The translations under genes were made by a program, and so were the position numbers. 64,000 nt of DNA from Promethearchaeia archaeon (lineage in GTDB: Archaea; Asgardarchaeota; Lokiarchaeia; Sigyniarchaeales; SOKP01). A model generated the notes under the pieces. That model did not search any database. It was not told the DNA's origin and saw only the letters and a program-made list of their open reading frames with translations. This document shows, piece after piece, positions 51,817-61,625 of this stretch. The stretch is taken from NCBI GenBank assembly GCA_029856125.1, contig JAHQWJ010000120.1:243170-307169 (forward strand), written 5' to 3'. Position 1 is the stretch's first letter, and the number at the start of each line of letters is the position of its first letter.

Positions 51817-52548
51817 ATTTTTAATAAAAAAAAAGATGATTTTTTAGTAATAGGCCATAGAGGAGCTAGTTCAGAAGCGCCTGAAAACACTTTAAAAGCT
51901 TTTGAGAGAGCAATTGAGTTGAATGCCGATTATATTGAATTTGATCTTCAAAAGACTCTCAATAATGAGATTATTATAAGCCATGATGCCAATCTTTTAA
52001 GGACTGCTGATAAACCAAAATCTTTACGAGATATGTCAATTGAAGAAATTAAAAAAATAGATATTGGGGAAGGAGAACGAATACCTACATTACATGAATT
52101 AATGGTAACCACTAAAGGAAAAATAAAACTCCAACCCGAAATTATAGCTCCAGGAATTGTCGATGATTTAATTAACATTTTAAGAGAAGAAGACCTAATT
52201 AACACTTCAATCATTAGCAGTTTTGATATTGCGGAGCTATTAAAAGTAAAGAAAATTGAGCCACGATTAAAAATAGGCTCTTTAATTCCTAAAGCTTTAA
52301 CAAAAATTCGAATGGTAAAACGATATGTTCAAAGAGCAATAGATAATGAATTATATGCTATCCATCCATATTATCCAATAGTTGATAAAGAGTTTGTAGA
52401 TTTCGCTCATAAGAATGGTCTTAAAGTTAATGTATTTACAGTAAATGATGAAGATATGATGAAAAAACTAATTAAGTTAGGTGTTGACGGAATTTTTACT
52501 GACGATATTGCTTTATTAAATAGAACTTTAGAAAGAACTAATCAATAA
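51817..52548 (+). CDS. glycerophosphodiester phosphodiesterase, second copy; true 5' end lies upstream of the tracked TTG 51919
   Basis: In-frame upstream reads ...DDFLVIGHRGASSEAPENTLKAFERAIEL; no ATG/GTG/TTG before GHRG; start inferred at ATT 51817 (or 51814). Confidence 0.8.
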   Translation: MFNKKKDDFLVIGHRGASSEAPENTLKAFERAIELNADYIEFDLQKTLNNEIIISHDANLLRTADKPKSLRDMSIEEIKKIDIGEGERIPTLHELMVTTKGKIKLQPEIIAPGIVDDLINILREEDLINTSIISSFDIAELLKVKKIEPRLKIGSLIPKALTKIRMVKRYVQRAIDNELYAIHPYYPIVDKEFVDFAHKNGLKVNVFTVNDEDMMKKLIKLGVDGIFTDDIALLNRTLERTNQ

Positions 52549-52611
52549 AATATTTTAGTCAAATTCTATTATATTTCTTATTAATTTAAACGAAATTTTC
52601 TTAGTTTAACA

Positions 52612-54099
52612 ATGTCTTCAGTACAAAAATCACCGATAGATTTTAATAGATTATTCTTTCCAAGAGCTATTGGTATTATAGGAGCAAGCCATGATCCTGC
52701 AGGTGGTGGTTTTTTTGTTCGAGCAATGAGGGGCAAATTTAAAGGAAAAACCTACTTATTTAATCCAAGGTTAGCTGGAAAAACATTACATGGCCAGAAG
52801 GTTTACGCATCTATATTAGAAATTTCTGAACCAATAGATTATGTTATTATTGCGGTTCCCTCACGCATAGTTCCAAAGGTCTTAGATGAGGTAGGTCAAA
52901 AGTCTATTCCTTTTTGCACAATTTTCTCTTCAGGATTCCGTGAAGTTGGTAACGAGGATCTAGAAAAATTAACTCTTGAAACAGCTCGCAAACATAAAAT
53001 TCGAATCATTGGTCCAAATTGTATTGGTGTGTACAACCCTAAAGGGGGATTATTTTTTGCTTACGAGCAATCCCGCAAGCATGGTAATTTCGGAGGAATT
53101 TTTCAATCGGGAGGAATCGCTCAAAATGTTTCCCAACTCATAGTATCTTACGGTTTGTATGCATCAAAATTTATCTCTATAGGGAACTCCCTCGATCTAT
53201 CTCCAGTTGAATTTTTAGAATATTTCTTAAATGACGAGTATACAAAAATTATTGGTTTATATATTGAGAATCTGCGGAGTATTGAACAGGGAAGAAAATT
53301 TATGGATATTGTTAAAGAATGTAATTTAAACCGTAAACCTGTCATTCTTTGGCGGGCGGGATACGGAAAAGCAACTAAAAAAGCTATACTCTCTCACACA
53401 GGAGGTTTAGCGGGTAACAACGAAATTTGGAAGGCTGTAGGAAAACAAACTGGGAGTTGCATAACAAGTAACTCAAATGAACTTGCTGCGTTGGCATCTG
53501 CTTTTAATTTAACTCGTTTACCTAATTCGCGAAATGTTGGCGTGATTGGGATTGGCGGAGGTTCCACAATAGAAGCGATAGATATTTTAGAAAAGTATAA
53601 CCTAACAATTCCCCAATTATCAGAGAGAATCATCGGTAAAATGAAAAGATTCGTCCCAGATGTAAATACTAACTTATCAAACCCCATAGATTTAGGTGGG
53701 ATGGGAATTCAACCCAATATCTACTATCGTACGATATTAGCGCTTGATAAAGATCCTAACATTTCATCTATTATTTTCATTAAGGATCCCGAGAGATTTG
53801 GAGGTTTTTCTGACTTAATGGAAGAACTAGGGTATGGTGCATTAGATCTAAATAAAGAGTTTATCCGATACATATCAAAAGCGAAGAGTGTATGTACAAA
53901 ACCTATGTACTGCGTCATGCTGAAAATCAACGAGGGATTTGAAGAGTATAAAAGTAGATACAAGTTCAAGCTGAAATTGCTTAATCGAAATGTTCCAGTT
54001 TTTGAATCTTTAGATCTCGCAGGAACTGTTTTGGATAAACTAAACTCGTATCGTGAGTTCTTACAAAAACACGAAAAATATCCAAAAAGTAAAGATTAA
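52612..54099 (+). CDS. acyl/acetate-CoA ligase (ADP-forming) alpha-subunit family
   Basis: IIGAS, FSSGFRE, IIGPNCIG, QSGG, SHTGGLAG (phospho-His), NPIDL. Confidence 0.9.
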   Translation: MSSVQKSPIDFNRLFFPRAIGIIGASHDPAGGGFFVRAMRGKFKGKTYLFNPRLAGKTLHGQKVYASILEISEPIDYVIIAVPSRIVPKVLDEVGQKSIPFCTIFSSGFREVGNEDLEKLTLETARKHKIRIIGPNCIGVYNPKGGLFFAYEQSRKHGNFGGIFQSGGIAQNVSQLIVSYGLYASKFISIGNSLDLSPVEFLEYFLNDEYTKIIGLYIENLRSIEQGRKFMDIVKECNLNRKPVILWRAGYGKATKKAILSHTGGLAGNNEIWKAVGKQTGSCITSNSNELAALASAFNLTRLPNSRNVGVIGIGGGSTIEAIDILEKYNLTIPQLSERIIGKMKRFVPDVNTNLSNPIDLGGMGIQPNIYYRTILALDKDPNISSIIFIKDPERFGGFSDLMEELGYGALDLNKEFIRYISKAKSVCTKPMYCVMLKINEGFEEYKSRYKFKLKLLNRNVPVFESLDLAGTVLDKLNSYREFLQKHEKYPKSKD

Positions 54100-54135
54100 G
54101 AATTCGATCCAAAAAATAGGAATGTTTTTTATATT

Positions 54136-54939
54136 TCATTCGCTAATATGGCTCGTTTCTATAGGACGCCCGGGGCTCCCTTGATAATAAAATTTATCTG
54201 GCTTTCCTCTCCAGTTTTTATGTAAGACCGTGTTTGGGAAAATCACATTGTTATCCGTGGTTATTGCATTTGGGCCCATTATAATTCCGGGATACAAAGT
54301 CGTATTTTTTCCCATTATTATTTTCATCATGCTAATTTTTCCAAATATTGTATTTACAGCATGGCTTGATAGGGCAGATGTAGGGTAGATGAACACATTA
54401 TCGCCTAATTCAGTAAATTCTAATCCTACATACGCATCGCAGTAAATAACATTTTTCCCGAGATTATTGTGGCTTATCCTCCGCAACACTCTATTAACGA
54501 GCCATGGGAACGGAGATTTCGAAGTTAACCACATCGGAAATTTAATGATAAATCCTCGTTTATGATAGTATTTCATCATTTTACCATCCTTACTATCCTT
54601 ATCTTCTAAAACTCTTTTAAACACGCCTTCAGCAGGAGGAGATTTTTTATTCCATCTCCGTACCCATAACGCTGTAAACTCAATTAAGAGAATAAGGTAA
54701 AGGAAATAAAGAAAAAAAAGAAATCCCGGGAGTATCAAAAAATGGATTTCTAGAGGGATTGAGAGCGGAATTATAAAACCATACTCAAATAATAAGAAAA
54801 ATCCTAAACAAATATATAAAGGAACTAAGAAACTTATGAAATTTATTTTAAAAAAGTCTAAAACGGGAAGTTCTACAACTTTATCCTTTTTCTGTTCAAA
54901 TTCAGAATTTGTTTTTCCTACTCCTTTCTCTTTGCTCAT
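54136..54939 (-). CDS. membrane protein with a left-handed beta-helix (acyltransferase-like) C-terminus
   Basis: Two N-terminal TMs; LGKNV, LGDNV, MGKNT hexapeptide-like repeats; GSPGRP end. Confidence 0.65.
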   Translation of the reverse strand: MSKEKGVGKTNSEFEQKKDKVVELPVLDFFKINFISFLVPLYICLGFFLLFEYGFIIPLSIPLEIHFLILPGFLFFLYFLYLILLIEFTALWVRRWNKKSPPAEGVFKRVLEDKDSKDGKMMKYYHKRGFIIKFPMWLTSKSPFPWLVNRVLRRISHNNLGKNVIYCDAYVGLEFTELGDNVFIYPTSALSSHAVNTIFGKISMMKIIMGKNTTLYPGIIMGPNAITTDNNVIFPNTVLHKNWRGKPDKFYYQGSPGRPIETSHISE

Positions 54940-55047
54940 AATATTATTATTACTAAAATCTTATAAAAAATTATTTACATTGAATAAGACAGAAAGGGAT
55001 TTGCTCAACAAATAAAAAAAAATACAAAATAAAATAAATAAAAAAAA

Positions 55048-56337
55048 TTAGATTTTTTGCGTTTCTACTTCTATTACCTCTTGTGTAGGCAATACTTCTA
55101 TTTCTGGTTCTTGTGGACGATCGAGATATCTTATTTTAGTGAAAAACCATAAAATAATCGGATTTACGATTCCTATTAAAGCACTAGCAAGTAAGAGATT
55201 CACGACACCCATTAAACCCGCAAGAGGTCCTACTAATAACGCACCAATAGGAGCAATTGCCATAGATACTGTGTGATCAATAGACATAACGCGCCCTATT
55301 TTGTCGGATGGGACAACAGTTTGCAAAATAGTTAAGTATGTCGCAACAGTTATTGGAAAGATAATCGCTCCAAGAAACCCACCTATCATCATCATGTAGA
55401 AATTTTGATACGGTGCTAAAATGATAAGTACGTAAAACGTGAAAAAGACCATCTCTCCAATTAAATTGACCTTAATCTTGTTCTTCCACTCCTTCTTTAT
55501 TGAAGTAATTAAGGAGCCAATCACATTCCCTACTTGGATTGAACCAAAAAGGAAAGCTAAATGAAACACAGATCCATCGTGTATGATATTTATGAAGTAG
55601 GGCCACAGCACTCCGAAGGGCCTAAATATAAAGTTAAAAATCATCGCAAAAATGATCATACTTAAAAGACCCGGAATCGCCTTTACAATTTTAAATCCAT
55701 CCTTAAATTCCCTCATGAAAGATGTTTTCTCAGCAACTCTGGTTTCCTTAGCATTGAAAGGAATTTTTATCAAGAACAATGGTACTACGGCTATTAGGAA
55801 TGTTGCGCCGTCAATGAGAAAGATATAGGTAATTGGGAATAACCCTAATAGTAAAGCGGATAAAATCGGGCCGACCATGAAAATTAAGCCAGAAAACAAG
55901 AAGTTTCCTCCGTTAACTCTGCTTATTTTATCTTTGGGAACCATAGAAGGAAGTATCGCGTGGAATGTAGGGACTTGAAACGCAAAGAGAATGTTTCGCA
56001 TTGTATGTATAATCAATATCATCCAAATGGGTGTGAATCCAGTAAAAAAAATTAGGAACAAACCAAATGTCAATACTGCTTGGAACAAATCTACGGTAAA
56101 TATTATTGTCTTGCGATTTAGCCTATCAGAAAGTACTCCCGCAAACGGAGTAACGATAACTTGAGGGAGAAAAATCAAGAATGTCGCTAATGAGAGATAA
56201 AAAACGCTCTGTGTCTCAATTGTAATCCACCAAGTAATAACAAAACCGATAATTCCTGAACCTAATAGCGAAAATTGCTGTCCGGCCATAAAATAAAGGT
56301 AATGCCTAAACGATTTTTTTGTTGGTAATTCTTCCAT
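55048..56337 (-). CDS. MFS transporter (MefA/DHA3-like exporter)
   Basis: GQQFSLLGS, FAGVLSDRLNRK, PSMVP...RVNG, LQTVVP...GRV; about 12 TM. Confidence 0.9.
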   Translation of the reverse strand: MEELPTKKSFRHYLYFMAGQQFSLLGSGIIGFVITWWITIETQSVFYLSLATFLIFLPQVIVTPFAGVLSDRLNRKTIIFTVDLFQAVLTFGLFLIFFTGFTPIWMILIIHTMRNILFAFQVPTFHAILPSMVPKDKISRVNGGNFLFSGLIFMVGPILSALLLGLFPITYIFLIDGATFLIAVVPLFLIKIPFNAKETRVAEKTSFMREFKDGFKIVKAIPGLLSMIIFAMIFNFIFRPFGVLWPYFINIIHDGSVFHLAFLFGSIQVGNVIGSLITSIKKEWKNKIKVNLIGEMVFFTFYVLIILAPYQNFYMMMIGGFLGAIIFPITVATYLTILQTVVPSDKIGRVMSIDHTVSMAIAPIGALLVGPLAGLMGVVNLLLASALIGIVNPIILWFFTKIRYLDRPQEPEIEVLPTQEVIEVETQKI

Positions 56338-56641
56338 TTTTTTATTAAACCTTCAATTCTATATTCTTACAACTTAAAACCTTTTTCTTTAATACTTGAT
56401 ACGAAAGGTTCAATTAATAGTTTCGAATCGTGAAGTTTACGCATAGTTCGAACTACCGTAGAAAATGATTAGTATCATCATCATCAAAATCAATCGGGAA
56501 TAGTGAAAACTGTTTCAGTTTAAAATTGGGTAATCTACACAAAAGAAATAAGAAACAGAATGAACTAGTATTTCTCATAATGGAGCCAGAAGATATGAAG
56601 ATATCCGAGGAATTTATTGAGAATAAAATTTACCTCTATTC

Positions 56642-57043
56642 TTAAAATGGGTAAAATCTCGGGCGGTGGGTAAGGGATTTCCCTCGAATTAATTTTTCTA
56701 AGTTAGTTTTTAATGTTTTAAGCTCGTAATCCCCTTTAACTTTAATTTCATAAACATGTTTTTGATTTTTATTGTTGGTGGTTTGGTGATATAAGTTCAT
56801 TAAGTAGGACTTAGGTTTAGTAATAATATCTAAGGATATTTTTCGTAATGGTTCTTTCTGAACAGCGGTTTTTTTATCTTGGATCGTAATAGTGGTAGAA
56901 TTTCTTCGAGTCTTTACCGTAACAGAAAAATCTTTTACAATCTCTTCTAAAATGCTTAATATTTTTACTACGTGATCGGGAGCGTTCTCCCTCGCTTCAA
57001 AAATACCGATTTCCTTAGGTGAATTATTAGACAATACACCCAT
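56642..57043 (-). CDS. basic hypothetical protein
   Basis: 133-aa ORF with ATG start; no recognisable motif. Confidence 0.6.
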   Translation of the reverse strand: MGVLSNNSPKEIGIFEARENAPDHVVKILSILEEIVKDFSVTVKTRRNSTTITIQDKKTAVQKEPLRKISLDIITKPKSYLMNLYHQTTNNKNQKHVYEIKVKGDYELKTLKTNLEKLIRGKSLTHRPRFYPF

Positions 57044-57111
57044 ATTATAAAAGTAATAGTATTTAAGCTTTTTAGTCGGCGAAACCTACGACTCATGCGA
57101 TAAATTAATAG

Positions 57112-57822
57112 CTACAAGTCTCTACCCATACCGTAATAAATTAACAATCCCGAAGAAATAAGCAAAACTATAATAGAAAAACCCCATATCGTTTTAAAAG
57201 TGGGATCTTGCCACGTGTTATACAACAAGAGACCGTAAACTAAAGTAATCGCTAAAATGTTTCCAATAATGAACAAACTTAATTTTCTCTTTAAATTGGA
57301 GTCTTTAAAAAGGCTACGCAACCGTAGAGAGTAATAAATCACCGGAATAGTAAAACTTATTGTAAAAAGAATATTACCAGTGATGTAATACGGAAAACTA
57401 TATACAGGCGCCCAACTCTCGGAATAAGCCACTCCACTTGGGTATAAGTGAAATAAAAGCCAGGTTATTCCGTACGCACCTATTATTAGGATCGCTTTTT
57501 TAAGCGTAAACTCGTACTTCAATTTTAAAAGGCTTAAAATAAAAACTACTACGAATATGAACGAAAACATCGTTAGATAAGTTGCAAAAAAATATACGAT
57601 GGTAATAAATTCTCCTGGTGAAAAGAAAGCAATTAACACCGCAATTCCGTTCATTAAAAGACCAAGGCTCACGAAAAGGTAAAAACCACTTAGAGTTAAG
57701 GAATTTCGGTTGGTGTTGCGCTTTAACATTTTATAGATGAGGTAAGAAAATAACCCCACTATAAATATTTGTGGGACAAATATGATAAACAACCGCAAAT
57801 ACTCGGTGATCTGAAAAATCAT
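57112..57822 (-). CDS. 7TM-like membrane protein (Asgard-expanded family, HisKA_7TM/GPCR-like topology)
   Basis: Seven hydrophobic segments; W.PVYS loop; YYSLRLRSLFKDSNLKRKL basic inner loop. Confidence 0.7.
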   Translation of the reverse strand: MIFQITEYLRLFIIFVPQIFIVGLFSYLIYKMLKRNTNRNSLTLSGFYLFVSLGLLMNGIAVLIAFFSPGEFITIVYFFATYLTMFSFIFVVVFILSLLKLKYEFTLKKAILIIGAYGITWLLFHLYPSGVAYSESWAPVYSFPYYITGNILFTISFTIPVIYYSLRLRSLFKDSNLKRKLSLFIIGNILAITLVYGLLLYNTWQDPTFKTIWGFSIIVLLISSGLLIYYGMGRDL

Positions 57823-57939
57823 AATTACACTATTATTATTCTTTCGAAACTTTATTAAAAATTAGGTTTTTAAACTTAAAATAAATTTATTATTTTTAAA
57901 TAGGTAGGTTAGTTAATTAGCCGAACGAATATTTCGATA

Positions 57940-58959
57940 TTACTCTACTTTCCGCTCCAATATGAGATGCGTTCTAGTATATGTTAAGCCAAAGTGATTT
58001 ATAACTAAATTTTTACATTCAAACACGTTAATTTCCATCGGGACCGAGGCAAAGCGAAAATCATCATCGTAAGCCGCGTCTAAAAATTCCTTCATTAAAT
58101 AAATACTGAGTCCTTTCCCTCTGTGTTCTTTATCGATAGTAATAGAATATGCCACAAAAGAATTGTATTTTCCTTTTTGATTCTTCTTAAACGGGTTTGG
58201 AAGCGAGATAAAACATCCTACGAACTGTTTGGATTGTTTATGCCTAAGTAACTTCACCATATAAACACCTCCATATGTTCTCAGGAAAGAAAAAAAGTTC
58301 TCGACTAATTTTTCTGGGCTGGGGGTTACTCGCGATTCTGTAGCTAAGTTTCTGGAGCTCAAAATCAAAAGTGGCAATTTTATTTCTTGGAAATCGTCCC
58401 AATCTTTAAGGGAGAGAATTTCGTAACCTTCAAAATCGTATTTTTTCATCTCTTCTTCGGGAACTTTAACAAACTCTCCTTCCCATGTTCCTTGTTTAGA
58501 TTTAATATAAAACCCGAATTGGGCGAAAATTTCTTGATAAATTGGGGGATTAACAGGCTTTGAAACGCACAAATCGTTCAGACTATCTTCAGTCATGAAT
58601 CCATAGCCAAAAATAAAGGTGGGAGGGTTAATTGGTCCCCTTATTGTTTTATATTGATGTTTTTGAGCGTATGTGATTAATTCTTCAAGTAAATACTTGA
58701 TGTATTTTTCTTCGTGGTCAATTACACCAAAGAATCCAAAAAATAATACCTCCCCCCCGTCGTCGTACGCTAAAGTATGGCCTACAACCTTATTATTTTC
58801 TTTTAAAATCAACGATTTAGTGTTATATATAGTAAGATCGTGAAGTATAAAGTCGTAAAACGCTTCGCGGACGGGGATATTTATACCAAGCTGTAAGTAT
58901 TTTAAAATTTCGTTTGGCTTTTCTATCATACCTACCGATAAGCTCTCTGGATTTGTCAT
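57940..58959 (-). CDS. tandem-GNAT N-acyltransferase, YghO / bacterial ceramide synthase-like
   Basis: FFGFFG...IRGPINP...GF...NPPIY...FGF N-half; IDKEHRGKGL acyl-CoA motif A in the C-half. Confidence 0.7.
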   Translation of the reverse strand: MTNPESLSVGMIEKPNEILKYLQLGINIPVREAFYDFILHDLTIYNTKSLILKENNKVVGHTLAYDDGGEVLFFGFFGVIDHEEKYIKYLLEELITYAQKHQYKTIRGPINPPTFIFGYGFMTEDSLNDLCVSKPVNPPIYQEIFAQFGFYIKSKQGTWEGEFVKVPEEEMKKYDFEGYEILSLKDWDDFQEIKLPLLILSSRNLATESRVTPSPEKLVENFFSFLRTYGGVYMVKLLRHKQSKQFVGCFISLPNPFKKNQKGKYNSFVAYSITIDKEHRGKGLSIYLMKEFLDAAYDDDFRFASVPMEINVFECKNLVINHFGLTYTRTHLILERKVE

Positions 58960-59074
58960 CTTTCCGTTTTCTATTCTTATTATTATTTTTAACTCTAAAA
59001 TCTATCTAGTGTAATAAAAAAAGATAAAGTATCTTAAAACTTTAAGTTTTTATTATTCGTATAACTTCTCAATA

Positions 59075-60310
59075 TCAGAAATCCCAAGAAGGTTTAATAG
59101 CCTTTAGAAAGTTCTCAGTTTCTGGGATCATCTTCAAGTTCCCGTTCACTTTTCCCTCGTAATAGATAAAAACAACTTGATCCTCGAAAATATTTTCTTC
59201 CTTGAGGTATTTGAAGCAAGGCACGTAACCAAAAGGCTTTAAACCCGCGTTGTATAACATAGCTTGTTGTATAGGATGATATGCAGACGCGTAAAGTTCC
59301 AAATAGCGAATATTAAGTTTCTTTACCAGTTGTTTTACTTCCTCTATAAATACAAACAGCTGCTCTTTATTCGAAACATTGTAATTAATTTTTTCAAAGA
59401 TTCGTACTTGAGGTTGGTGTAAAAAGGAGACATATGCGTCTGAATTGTTAATTGAAATAGTTATTACGCTGTTGCCCAGATTATCCTTTTCTTCTTGGTA
59501 GGTCAAGTTTTGCTTAATAGTTTGAATTATTTTATCGTCAAAATTCAACGTCAAATGGTCAAATATCTCTGGAAATTCAAGCTGATACCTCTCGCGGGCG
59601 TAGTAATAACATGTTAAGACGCGTGGGATAATCTTCGGGATTTCTTTTCTGCGATATTTCGTTATTGTGTCCTCGTCGTATAAAATAAGCAAAAATTCTG
59701 ATTCATCTCGATTAAAAAAGATGTCTTTTTTTGGAAAAAAGGCTATCGGTTTTAACCCTATATAATCTGATAACGACTGAGATTTAGAATGAGCAGAACG
59801 TGCTTCCCCAAAATACATCAAAGCCCTTTTCTCGTATTTTTTAAGAAGAGCTATCCATGCGGCCATCAAAAGTTTTGGAAGAGAGCTCAGACCTTGAAAT
59901 TCTTTTTTAATCGTGAACCCATGGAGATACACACTTTTAATTGAAGCGTTAAATTTAATTCCAGCACAGCCAATAACTTCGGTTTTGTTTATTTTAAAAA
60001 CTATCCAATGATAGTTAGGGTCTTCGATCATCTTCCGTATTTCTTGCGCGTTTTCCAGTTCTTTGTACGGATATGTATTTTGATACACTTGTTGAAAAAT
60101 TTCTGAGATGCTTTGAGCTTCTTCAAGTTTAGCGAACTGGACCGTTGGTGTTAGTTTTTGTTCTTTAGAACCCGATCTTTTCGGAAAATTTATTCCATCA
60201 TCTAAACTTAAGTCTCTGTACTTAGCGTAGGTCCGAAGAAAGTCTTGAACAGTTACGATGGATTTTATAGTTTTAACTTGTTTGGCAATAGATTTGTTAT
60301 TCAAAAACAA
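59075..60310 (-). CDS. GNAT-family acyltransferase (two GNAT-like halves)
   Basis: VYQNTYPY, IKKEFQGL, GEARSAHSKSQ, GLKPFGYVP. Confidence 0.7.
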   Translation of the reverse strand: MFLNNKSIAKQVKTIKSIVTVQDFLRTYAKYRDLSLDDGINFPKRSGSKEQKLTPTVQFAKLEEAQSISEIFQQVYQNTYPYKELENAQEIRKMIEDPNYHWIVFKINKTEVIGCAGIKFNASIKSVYLHGFTIKKEFQGLSSLPKLLMAAWIALLKKYEKRALMYFGEARSAHSKSQSLSDYIGLKPIAFFPKKDIFFNRDESEFLLILYDEDTITKYRRKEIPKIIPRVLTCYYYARERYQLEFPEIFDHLTLNFDDKIIQTIKQNLTYQEEKDNLGNSVITISINNSDAYVSFLHQPQVRIFEKINYNVSNKEQLFVFIEEVKQLVKKLNIRYLELYASAYHPIQQAMLYNAGLKPFGYVPCFKYLKEENIFEDQVVFIYYEGKVNGNLKMIPETENFLKAIKPSWDF

Positions 60311-60515
60311 TTTGATATCCCAATAATTATATGATAATTGGTTTATTATTATGATGTAAAAATATTTAAACTTGCGTAATATCAGCGTAAGTTGTTATAT
60401 AAAGGAAACATTCTAAAAAAAAAAGTTATTAAATAATAAATTTTAACTCAGTATTTATTTAAATACAATCTCATTTTTCATCTTCAATGACAAAAAACCT
60501 TTCTTCATTTTATAA

Positions 60516-61436
60516 ATGGGTGAAATATATTTGAAGGCTGTACTTATTGATGCTCAAACAGCATCCTCCATAATCGCTGCTAAAGACGATTATATTTCTA
60601 ATTTTAGCGAGTTTGACTTACAGTCGCGCTTAGGAACCTTCGAAATGGTATCGAAAGAAGACTTAGTAGAATTTCTTTCACGACAGACCGTTGAATGGAC
60701 AAATTCTGAGGAAATTATCGTAAATAGAATTTTCAGTGAATTAAATATCTGTTACGCGCCGTACAAAGAATACCTATTGAACAGCGTTAAGCTTATAAAA
60801 ACCACCGGTCGAGAAGAATGCGACGCTGCTTACACGAGAAACACGTGCATATATGTTCCAATTTCGATGGTTCAATGGCCGTACGATCAATTAAAAGAGC
60901 TAATTGCTCACGAGCTTTTTCATGTAATCAGCACTACTAACCCAAAATTCAGGAATGACTTATATCTTAAACTTGGATTTAATGCTTGTCCCGAATTAGA
61001 TGTCCCTAAAGAATATAAACGGCTATATGTGTCAAATCCTGATACTATTGGGAAGAATTCCTATGTGAAATTTAAAAATAACGGCGCTCAGATAAAAGCA
61101 GTTCCTTTTCTCTATTCTAAAACTCCGTATACAGGTGGATATTTCTTTGAATACTTCCGTTTTACATTTCTTGAGTCTGAATTGAAACACGATAAATGCG
61201 TCCCGATATATGAAAATAGCCGGCCAAAATTCATTAGTCCTCCACATGAATTATTTGAGATGTGCGAAGAAATCGACCCCTACAATAACCAACATAGATT
61301 ACATCCTGAAGAGATTCTGGCCTATTATTGGAGCTTATTACCTTTTTCTGAATCAAAAATAGAACCTTATAACAGAAGCTATCTCGTAAAGATTCGCAAT
61401 CTCTTAGAGCAGGAAGGAACCAGTGTATTTAGTTAA
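60516..61436 (+). CDS. HExxH zinc-metallopeptidase-like protein
   Basis: AAYTR...LIAHELFHVIS and a downstream HPEEILA. Confidence 0.65.
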   Translation: MGEIYLKAVLIDAQTASSIIAAKDDYISNFSEFDLQSRLGTFEMVSKEDLVEFLSRQTVEWTNSEEIIVNRIFSELNICYAPYKEYLLNSVKLIKTTGREECDAAYTRNTCIYVPISMVQWPYDQLKELIAHELFHVISTTNPKFRNDLYLKLGFNACPELDVPKEYKRLYVSNPDTIGKNSYVKFKNNGAQIKAVPFLYSKTPYTGGYFFEYFRFTFLESELKHDKCVPIYENSRPKFISPPHELFEMCEEIDPYNNQHRLHPEEILAYYWSLLPFSESKIEPYNRSYLVKIRNLLEQEGTSVFS

Positions 61437-61520
61437 AAATGTAATCATAATTTTTTTTTAATTTTCGTTCATGAAATATAATGAGAGTGGTATAATCCCA
61501 ATAAGAAATGAAACTTAGAT

Positions 61521-61625
61521 CTAAAAAAATAGACTTCCAAAACTTACTAATACATAGCCTAACGAAAATAGAACTGCAAACCCTACGATTGTAAGAATAA
61601 TTGTATATATTTTTATGAAATCCAT
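61521..61625 (-). CDS. small single-TM protein (34 aa), not in the ORF track
   Basis: MDFIKIYTIILTIVGFAVLFSLGYVLVSFGSLFF*; GAGGGG RBS 7 nt upstream. Confidence 0.6.
   Translation of the reverse strand: MDFIKIYTIILTIVGFAVLFSLGYVLVSFGSLFF

Noticed and set aside
56460-56644. Plus-strand frame ending ...LVFLIMEPEDMKISEEFIENKIYLYS*
   Set aside because: Short, no RBS-supported start and no motif; it may be a relic but cannot be supported.
57074-57093. Hairpin AGTCG-gcgaaaccta-CGACT as a SECIS element
   Set aside because: Too short, lacks the Lokiarchaeal AUGA/GA core, and no in-frame TGA selenoprotein candidate is nearby.
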